A stretch of DNA of 64,000 bases from a bacterium (lineage in GTDB: Bacteria; Electryoneota; Electryoneia; Electryoneales; Electryoneaceae), in NCBI GenBank assembly GCA_963675295.2, contig CAXXKJ010000002.1, positions 2,336,001-2,400,000 of the forward strand. The letters run 5' to 3'. Shown in pieces: positions 56,952 through 64,000 of this stretch. A program made the translations under genes and the position numbers. The notes below the pieces were generated by a model. The model ran no database searches, was not told the origin of the DNA, and was given only the letters and a program-made list of their open reading frames with translations. The stretch's first letter is position 1; each line of letters starts with the position of its first letter.

Positions 56952-57736
56952 CAGCGTCCCCCCAGACGTACGATGAACGCCGCCATCGGGGCGAAGCTGT
57001 CCCCGTCGCGGCGGTAGGAACTGAGATAGTCGTTATCGTAAGTGCAAATCGATGCGTTTGTGCTGACTGGAATGCCGAACTCGCCGGCGTCGGCTTTCAC
57101 TCCTGCCACGAGGTCGAGGTGCGGCGAGCCGTCGAAGTCGACGACCGCATTCGCGAAGCGGGATTCGACGCGGAATTTTTCCGCGACGTCGTTGCCCACC
57201 TCGTAGTTTGGCGCGCTGATGCCGGGCCCGACCGAGAGGTGCAAGTCGCCCCGGTGTTCCGCGGGGACGGCGTCGATGAGGTTACGGACAATGCCCGCCA
57301 GCAGTCCGCGCCAGCCAACGTGCGCGATGCCAATCCAACCACTTTCCGGCGCGGCAAGCCAGACTGGCAGGCAGTCGGCGTGCGTCGTCATCAGGATCAC
57401 GTTCGGGTCGCGGGTGAGCAGGGCGTCGGTGTCCTGAAAGGCGGTGGACGCTTCGCGTGCGCCCTTGCGCATGTCGGCTTTGGTGACGACCTGGACGTTA
57501 TTCGTGTGCCCGAGGAATGGCGACACCAGTTGATCCAGTTTCAGCTGCCAGAGGCGGAGGAAGTGCAAACGGTTGGCGGCGACATCCCACTCGGGCCGGT
57601 TCTTGTACGACATCGGCCCGAACTCCTTACGTGACAGTGCCCACAGCAGGTGGGAACCATCCGGGAGGTCGGCGTTTCCTTCAATCGCGGCGTGGGCCAC
57701 GTTGACATTTGGAACAGAAAAAAGTGCTCCGGCCAT
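56951..57736 (-). CDS. pgeF: YfiH/PgeF (polyphenol-oxidase-like, purine nucleoside phosphorylase) protein
   Basis: DALLT, THADCLPV, AHVGWRG, GPGIS...YEVG and SYRRDG; start uncertain. Confidence 0.85.
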   Translation of the reverse strand: MAGALFSVPNVNVAHAAIEGNADLPDGSHLLWALSRKEFGPMSYKNRPEWDVAANRLHFLRLWQLKLDQLVSPFLGHTNNVQVVTKADMRKGAREASTAFQDTDALLTRDPNVILMTTHADCLPVWLAAPESGWIGIAHVGWRGLLAGIVRNLIDAVPAEHRGDLHLSVGPGISAPNYEVGNDVAEKFRVESRFANAVVDFDGSPHLDLVAGVKADAGEFGIPVSTNASICTYDNDYLSSYRRDGDSFAPMAAFIVRLGGR

Positions 57737-58511
57737 GTTGAACCAATCTCTCTATGGGTTGACGACAACGCGGGCAGGGTTCGCCGGCGCGGCCGTACAC
57801 GTGCAAGTTGTTTCCGTATTCTCCGGGCTGTCCGCCCGGACGGCGGAAGTCGGAGAAGGTCGTGCCCATCTGGTTGACGGCGTCGCGCAGCACTTTGCGG
57901 ATTGCGCGGTGCAGGCGGCCGATCTGATCGACTTTCAGAGCGCCGGCGGCCAGTTTCGGGCTGACACGCGCCATCCACAGCGCTTCACTGGCGTAAATGT
58001 TGCCGATTCCGGCGATCTTGTCCTGCCGCAGCAGGTACGTTTTGACCGGCGTACGGCTGCCGCCCAGAATGCGGGCAAATTCAGCGCGTGTGAACCGGGA
58101 AGATAACGGTTCAGGGCCGAGCGTGCGAAACCCGTTCGGCTCGGTGCCGTCGACGAGGAAGAACGTGCCGAAGGTGCGCGTGTCCACGAAATGAAGCGCC
58201 GGACCCTCAGCGAGGTACAGGCTCGCGCGAAGATGGGGAGACTGCAGCGCGTTGTCCTCGAACAGCAGCTTTCCGCTCATGCGCAGGTGGATCGCCAGCG
58301 GGGGACGGTTGCCGTCCAAGTGCAGCAGGATGAACTTGCCGCGCCGGGTGACGTCCTGAATGACCGAGCCCTCGACGATACAGCGCATCGCCTTCGGGTG
58401 GCTGTGACGGTACACGCGCGGGTGCAGCAGCTCGAGACGAGTGACCGTGTTTCCCACCAGCCCGGGACGGATCCCCCGGACAACGGTTTCCACCTCAGGC
58501 AACTCAGGCAT
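57681..58511 (-). CDS. mutM: Formamidopyrimidine-DNA glycosylase
   Basis: MPELPEVET, RRGKF, HLRMSG, GIGNIYASE and zinc finger CPRC...CSKCQ. Confidence 0.97.
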   Translation of the reverse strand: MPELPEVETVVRGIRPGLVGNTVTRLELLHPRVYRHSHPKAMRCIVEGSVIQDVTRRGKFILLHLDGNRPPLAIHLRMSGKLLFEDNALQSPHLRASLYLAEGPALHFVDTRTFGTFFLVDGTEPNGFRTLGPEPLSSRFTRAEFARILGGSRTPVKTYLLRQDKIAGIGNIYASEALWMARVSPKLAAGALKVDQIGRLHRAIRKVLRDAVNQMGTTFSDFRRPGGQPGEYGNNLHVYGRAGEPCPRCRQPIERLVQHGRSTFFCSKCQRGPRRD

Positions 58512-59061
58512 CGCCGGTCAGTCCGCTTTGCAGCCGGTTTGCGATTGCCGCCGCCAGCCGTTCCAGCTCTTCGCGGTCCTCGTCGGTGTACGCGCCCGCC
58601 TTGTCGCCGTCGATGTCGATCTCGCCGATGGCGTGACCGTTGAGCAGGATCGGCACCACGATTTCGCTGCGCGTATTCGGGAAGCAGGCGAGGTAGTCGG
58701 ACCGGGCGTTGACGTCGTCCACGATGACAGTTTCCTTCGTCCTTGCCGCCAGGCCGCAGATGCCGTCTCCGACAGGGATTTTGACGTGTTCCGTCGCCTC
58801 CGGACCACTCCACGCGCCGAGGTAGAGGAACTCGTCGATCACCCAGTACAGTCCGACCCAGGAATAGCGGTCGACCTTGTGCCGCAGCCGGGTGACGATC
58901 CGCAGCTCCCAGTCCTCGAAGCTGAGTTCCTCGCCGGACTTGATCAAATCACTGACGATTTGTGCCAGGGACAAGGGGAAGTCGTCCGCCGGACGGTTTT
59001 CCGTCGCTTTTATCGTCTTGCTGCGTTCGATGAACGCGTCGAGTATCGTCGGGTAATCCAT
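58504..59061 (-). CDS. msrC: GAF domain protein, free methionine-R-sulfoxide reductase-like
   Basis: WVGLY, GDGICG.AA, VDDV...YLAC and SEIVVP...GEIDID. Confidence 0.75.
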   Translation of the reverse strand: MDYPTILDAFIERSKTIKATENRPADDFPLSLAQIVSDLIKSGEELSFEDWELRIVTRLRHKVDRYSWVGLYWVIDEFLYLGAWSGPEATEHVKIPVGDGICGLAARTKETVIVDDVNARSDYLACFPNTRSEIVVPILLNGHAIGEIDIDGDKAGAYTDEDREELERLAAAIANRLQSGLTGDA

Positions 59062-59167
59062 GGGGCGCTCCGTGTTTGTCAGTGTGGTAAGTGTACGACA
59101 TTGGGGCGGGGAGTGGACACATGTTCAGCGTGAATGAACAAAAAGGTGGAGACACATTAGAACAAGG

Positions 59168-59386
59168 TAGTCGGTAATCGGTAATCGGTGATCGGGTTCC
59201 GATTGTCGGTAATCGGTGATGTTCTTACCACGGACTGAAGTCCGTGGTAATCGACGGCGTGTGATGGCGTGTATTACGATGGCGTGTTTTTCGATGGCGC
59301 GGGGACCCTGTAGATTTCTTACCACGGACTTTAGTCCGTGGTAAGGGATTGAGATGAAAATGCCACGCACCGAAGTCCGTGGCATT
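59168..59386. repeat. (GTAATCG)n heptamers plus three family A palindromes (59225-59250, 59318-59345, 59359-59386)
   Basis: Seen directly. Confidence 0.85.
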
Positions 59387-59444
59387 GTTAAATCAGATGT
59401 CCGCGCAGCAATAATACTGGCGTGATGGACAGCCAGACAGCAGT

Positions 59445-60704
59445 TTACTTCTTCGTCCAACCCTCGGCGAGGTGCAAGATGACTTCCACCGCCTTGAGCA
59501 GGCTGGATTCGGCGACCCATTCCTTGCGGCTGTGGAAGAGCAGGCCGCCGGCGAAAATGTTCGGCGTCGGGTGGCCGAGCTGGGTCAGGCGCGCTCCGTC
59601 GGTGCCGCCACGGATCGCCTTGCGATGCACCGTGAGGCCGGTCTTTTCGATCGCTTCATGGGCGATGTCGACCACTTCCGGGGTTTCGCGCACGATGTCG
59701 CGCATGTTCTGGTACTGGTGCTTCACCTCGAGCTTGATTTCGAGGCCGGGGTGACGCGCTTCGAACAGCTTCGCGAGCTGTTCCATGTACTCGACACGCT
59801 TTTTGTTGCCCTCTTCCTCGAAGTCACGGACGATGAAGTAGGCCGACGCGTTCTCGAAGTCGCCCTTGACGCTGACAGTGTGGATAAAGCCTTCGCGCAG
59901 CTCAGTGTGTTCCGGGGTTTCCCATTCCGGCAGGGCGGCGACGTAGCGTGCGGCGGTCGCGGCGGCGTTGATCATCTTGTTCTTCGCGTAGCCGGGGTGC
60001 ACGCCGACACCCTTGACGACCACGTTCACGCCCCACGCGTCAAAGTTTTCGTCCTCGAGCTCACCCGGGTAGCCGCCATCGAAGGTGTAGCAGAACTTCG
60101 GCAGCCAGTCCTCGTCGATCTTGACTGTGCCGCGGCCGATCTCTTCGTCCGGCGTGAAGCAGACCTTGATTTCACCGTGCGGGAGGTCCGGGAATTTCTT
60201 GAAGGTGGCCATCGCGGCCATGATCTCGGCGACACCGGCCTTGTCGTCCGCGGACAGCAGCGTCTTGCCGGAGGCGGTGATGATCGTATCGCCGATGAAT
60301 TCCTTCAATTCCGGAGAGTCGGCCTGGCTGAGGGTCAGTTCCGGATCGTCCGGGTAGGTGATGGTCCCGCCGTCGTAATTCTCGATCCGTCGCGGCTTCA
60401 CATTGTCGCCCGGTTGATCCGGGGACGCGTCCACATGCGCAAGCAGGCCGAAGACCGGCGCGTTCTTGCCGGCGTCATTGGCGGGCAGGGTGGCGTACAC
60501 GTAGCAGTGTTCGCTGAGGTGAACATCCGCCATGCCGAGGTCACGGCACTCCTTTTCGAGCATGCGGGCGAGATCCCACTGGCGCTCGGTGGACGGGGTG
60601 TCCGTTTCATTCTCCGGATCGGAAGTGGTCCAGACCTGCACATAGCGGAGGAAGTTTTCGCGCACCTGGTCCATCATGAACCGGCGCATCTCATCGGTAA
60701 TCAT
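59445..60704 (-). CDS. pepT: Peptidase T (M20B tripeptidase)
   Basis: PSTERQW, AHVD, LLSADDKAGVAEI, FTPDEEIGRG, HPGYAK..M.NA and IRGGTDGARL. Confidence 0.95.
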   Translation of the reverse strand: MITDEMRRFMMDQVRENFLRYVQVWTTSDPENETDTPSTERQWDLARMLEKECRDLGMADVHLSEHCYVYATLPANDAGKNAPVFGLLAHVDASPDQPGDNVKPRRIENYDGGTITYPDDPELTLSQADSPELKEFIGDTIITASGKTLLSADDKAGVAEIMAAMATFKKFPDLPHGEIKVCFTPDEEIGRGTVKIDEDWLPKFCYTFDGGYPGELEDENFDAWGVNVVVKGVGVHPGYAKNKMINAAATAARYVAALPEWETPEHTELREGFIHTVSVKGDFENASAYFIVRDFEEEGNKKRVEYMEQLAKLFEARHPGLEIKLEVKHQYQNMRDIVRETPEVVDIAHEAIEKTGLTVHRKAIRGGTDGARLTQLGHPTPNIFAGGLLFHSRKEWVAESSLLKAVEVILHLAEGWTKK

Positions 60705-60836
60705 CGTTCAGCTCCCAAGTCTCAGGAATGTTGGTAAGAGTCATGAAGATAGGGGGGAGAACGGGGGGCGGCAAGCTCAGGGAAACCCCTCTCAAGGTAG
60801 GAGAATCCATCAGCAGCCAAAGTCTAAGCGGTTCGT

Positions 60837-61046
60837 TCAGTTGCGAATCCTGTTGCGCAGGATGATGGTGGCAATCAGGACAAGCGCGGCGAAGATGATC
60901 CAGCGGACGGCAATAAGCGGTAGGGCGGATGCGTTCTGCACTGCGGGGATCATGGTGATCACGTCTGCCAGAAACATGCAGACCAAACCGACAAGCAGGC
61001 CGGTCCAGATTCCGCGTTTGGCTTGAGGGTTCATCAGTAGCCTCAT
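60837..61046 (-). CDS. Small hypothetical membrane protein
   Basis: Two hydrophobic helices, directly downstream of mgtE. Confidence 0.45.
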   Translation of the reverse strand: MRLLMNPQAKRGIWTGLLVGLVCMFLADVITMIPAVQNASALPLIAVRWIIFAALVLIATIILRNRIRN

Positions 61047-61068
61047 GTATGATAACTCAGTGGTCGTA

Positions 61069-62451
61069 TTACCCCGCCAGCATCGCGCTGGTGATGAGCA
61101 GGTAGATGGTGAGGCCGACGACATCGTTTGTCATGGTGATGAAGGGACCGGCGGCCAATGCGGGGTCCTGGTTCAGTTTTTTCAGGACGAATGGAGTAAA
61201 CGATCCGACGAGGGCGGAGACGATCACCACCGAAATCAGCGACAGGGAAATGGCAATTCCGGTAATCCAGACACCCTTCCAGAAGAACACCATCAGCAGC
61301 AGCAGCAGTGCCAGCACGAGCCCGTTCATGGCGGCGACGAGCACCTCACGGCCGACACGTCCGAACGCCCGGCTGGCGTTGATCTCACCAGTTGCAAGAC
61401 CACGCACGACGATGGTTGATGACTGAATCCCGACGTTGCCGGCGACGGCGATGATCACCGGGATGAAGAAGGCGATGATGATAATGCTCGCGAGGGATTC
61501 CTCGAAGCGTGAGATCACAAGCGCGCCGAACAGCTCACCGATGAATGCGATCACCAGCCACGGCAGGCGTGCTTTCAACGCGTTGAACAGGTTACGCTCG
61601 AGGACTTCTTCCTCGCCCGTACCGGCCATGTAGGCGATGTCTTCCTCGGCCTCTTCCTGCATGACATCGACGATATCGTCAATCGTGATGCGCCCGATGA
61701 GGCGGTGTTCCTCATCGACAACCGGTGCGGAGATGAGGTCGTAGCGGCTGAAGACCTGGGCGACTTCTTCCTGGTCGGTGTCGCGCTGGATGACGATCAT
61801 CTCTTCGTCGAGGATCTCGAGCACTGACTGGTTGCGTGGCGCGAGCATCAGGTCGATCAGCGGGATCCGTCCCTTGAGGACTCTCTGCCGGTCGATGACG
61901 TAGATGTAGTGAATGTTATCGAGGCCGCGGATTCTGGCGGTGCGGACCATCTCGACGGCATCGTACGCGGTCTTGTTGGCGAAGACGGTGACGACTTCCA
62001 GCGCCATCAAGCCACCGGCGGTGTCCTCTTCGTACGCGAGCAGCTCTTCCAGCTCCTCACGGTCTTTCTTCGCCGAGGCTTCGAGGACACGTTCCCGGGT
62101 GGTTTCGTCGAGTAGCGCGATGATGTCGGTCGCATCGTCCGATTCGAGGTTGTGCAGCACCTCGATGATGCGTTCATCCTCGAGCCGTTCGAGCACCCGT
62201 TCCTGGTCCGGTTCTTCGAGTTCGATGATAACGTCGTGCTGTTCTTCCGGCGATACCATATCGAACACGAAGTTCCGCTCCGTCGAATTCAGCCCGTTCA
62301 TCAGGGCGGCGATTTCGGCGGGGTGGAGCGTACTGAGCAGAGTCCGGACCGGTTCGAAGTTTTCCTCATGCAGGTAGCCGGCGACGACCTTCTGCAGATC
62401 TTCGAGATTCGGGATTGGACCTTTCAGCTGTGCATCCATACCGGAACTCAT
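61069..62451 (-). CDS. mgtE: Magnesium transporter MgtE
   Basis: LHPAEIA, YEEDTAGGLM, CBS pair, ARLPWL, GNVGIQS and DPALAAGPFIT. Confidence 0.95.
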   Translation of the reverse strand: MSSGMDAQLKGPIPNLEDLQKVVAGYLHEENFEPVRTLLSTLHPAEIAALMNGLNSTERNFVFDMVSPEEQHDVIIELEEPDQERVLERLEDERIIEVLHNLESDDATDIIALLDETTRERVLEASAKKDREELEELLAYEEDTAGGLMALEVVTVFANKTAYDAVEMVRTARIRGLDNIHYIYVIDRQRVLKGRIPLIDLMLAPRNQSVLEILDEEMIVIQRDTDQEEVAQVFSRYDLISAPVVDEEHRLIGRITIDDIVDVMQEEAEEDIAYMAGTGEEEVLERNLFNALKARLPWLVIAFIGELFGALVISRFEESLASIIIIAFFIPVIIAVAGNVGIQSSTIVVRGLATGEINASRAFGRVGREVLVAAMNGLVLALLLLLMVFFWKGVWITGIAISLSLISVVIVSALVGSFTPFVLKKLNQDPALAAGPFITMTNDVVGLTIYLLITSAMLAG

Positions 62452-62521
62452 GGGTTAACGTGACGGAACGGGGGAATGTAGCTCGCGAAATGGGCTCAAG
62501 TGCAGAGCCACGTTGAGCAAA

Positions 62522-63556
62522 CTAGCGCTCGTGTTTCGGAGCCAATTGACCGGCGAGCCATGCATAGTCGGCGGCGGACAGGGTTTGAGGGCGGCGTGTC
62601 CAGTCGAACTCGATCCCTTCGATGGGACGCAGGCCGGCGATGCCGGGTACGCTGTTGCGAAGCATCTTGCGGCGTTTCGCGAAGGTGCCTTTGACCAGCC
62701 GCAACAGGGTCGGCCAGTGGTCGACGGGGTGCAGCGGTTCAGGGCTGATGCCCATCGCCAGCAGGCCGGCGTCCACCTTCGGCATCGGCTGAAATACCTC
62801 TTTCGGCACCTGCAACGCCAGTTCCGGCTCACCCCAATAGCGCAGCAGCAGCGACAGGACGCTGGCTTCGCTCGCGCCGGGCTCGGCGGTCAGACGCAGG
62901 GCAACCTCATACTGTAGCAGGATGACAATTCGGCTGATAAGAGCAGGATGAGTGCGAAATTCCTCGAGAAACTTGAAGATAAGCGAGGAAGTAATGTTAT
63001 AGGGAAGATTTCCGACGACGCGAAATGACTCGCCATTCGTGATTTCGGACAGTTTGGTTTTCATCACGTCAGCGTGAATGACCGTCAGCCGGTCATGGTC
63101 GGGCCAGCGTTCAGCGAGCAGGTCGACCATGCGGCGGTCGATTTCGAGGGCGACGACACGGTAACCGTTGTCGAGCAGGACCTCGGTCAGTGCGCCGGTG
63201 CCGGGTCCGATTTCGACGACAAGATCGCCCTCGGAGGCACGCAGGGCTGCTGCGATCGCGCGGGTGGTGTCGGGATCAACGAGCCAGTTCTGGCCGAGCG
63301 ACTTTTTCGTCGGAGGCAGGCCGCCGTGTTTACGGGTGTAGCCGATCGGGGAGGCGAGGCGTTCACGCGGATCTTCCTCTTCGATCGCGCTGCCGGCGGT
63401 GCGCATCCCGGCGAGCACGCGTTCCAGTTCTTCCGGCGACATGACGGATTCGCCTTCTGGTTCGGGAGATCCGCCGAAATCGCCGTGATCCTTGCCCGGA
63501 TCAGGCTTGCTTGAGCGGGACGGCTTCCCGGGATTCTGGTTTCTTGTGGCTGCCAT
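62522..63556 (-). CDS. rsmA: 16S rRNA m6,2A dimethyltransferase with N-terminal extension
   Basis: KKSLGQNWL, VEIGPGTGALT, VVGNLPYNITS, QYEVA.RL and F.KRRKMLRN. Confidence 0.93.
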   Translation of the reverse strand: MAATRNQNPGKPSRSSKPDPGKDHGDFGGSPEPEGESVMSPEELERVLAGMRTAGSAIEEEDPRERLASPIGYTRKHGGLPPTKKSLGQNWLVDPDTTRAIAAALRASEGDLVVEIGPGTGALTEVLLDNGYRVVALEIDRRMVDLLAERWPDHDRLTVIHADVMKTKLSEITNGESFRVVGNLPYNITSSLIFKFLEEFRTHPALISRIVILLQYEVALRLTAEPGASEASVLSLLLRYWGEPELALQVPKEVFQPMPKVDAGLLAMGISPEPLHPVDHWPTLLRLVKGTFAKRRKMLRNSVPGIAGLRPIEGIEFDWTRRPQTLSAADYAWLAGQLAPKHER

Positions 63557-64000
63557 GGCGGGGAAGATACCGGCGGGCACGCTTTGGGTCAAGGAATGAT
63601 TGATGTGTGGGGAATTGAACAGGGGTACGGATTTGGAGTTTAAGGCTTGACATTGTGAATGGACCTGACTAGTTTCCTTGCAGAACGGGCGCTGCACGTT
63701 GTTTCGCGTTTTCCCCTCAGGGCCAGTTCACCTAAACCGTCCCAGGTCAACACGGAATCCGTTACCCACGTACCGTGTATTCTCGATGACGATAAATGCC
63801 CGAACCGGATACGTCCGGTGATCGCTCCGTTTTTGATTGTTCGACTAGATAATATCCCGGTCTACGAACCAGGAAACAACATGCTGGGTCCGTATCCAAT
63901 CGGATACAAAACCTGCCTGAACTACTACCCGCTCATGAAGAACAACCGCTGTTCTACCACCTCTGGAGGAGCATCTCGTGCCGCTTGAGATCGCTGAGTT

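Noticed and set aside
63659-63988. 109-aa ORF at the right edge
   Set aside because: No motifs and atypical composition; more likely a promoter region. A GGAGGA followed by GTG near 63978 may start the next gene but is too short to call.

Overview
A 64 kb, GC-rich chromosomal window, most likely from an FCB-superphylum bacterium of the Calditrichota/KSB1/Electryoneota type. The lineage is inferred from the T9SS 'YPNPFNP' sorting domains, a PorV-like barrel and the long FCB-type SecA. Housekeeping genes include purC, secA, smg, pyrR-pyrB-pyrC', coaE, DUF1015-serC-serA, comM, pgeF, mutM, pepT, mgtE, rsmA and a four-tRNA cluster (Pro, Arg, His, Glu). The accessory content includes a 14 kb SusD-less import-like locus (T9SS-type cargo, alkaline phosphatase, OB-fold repeat protein, lipoprotein, TonB-dependent receptor, PorV paralog, beta-propeller lipoprotein), a MacA/MacB/TolC set with no ATPase, two secreted proteases, two sulfotransferases and tandem paralogous lipoproteins. 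Notable oddities are a 1060-aa TPR/acidic protein with four FliM/CheZ-like 'xQxDLDxL' peptides, two apparent pseudo-enzymes (PyrC' and an acyl-CoA-ligase-like protein) and many intergenic REP palindromes and heptamer arrays, two of which fold into hairpins with periodic tandem G-A pairs. I saw no CRISPR array, transposase, integrase, prophage or rRNA. All calls come from reading motifs by eye; no searches were run.
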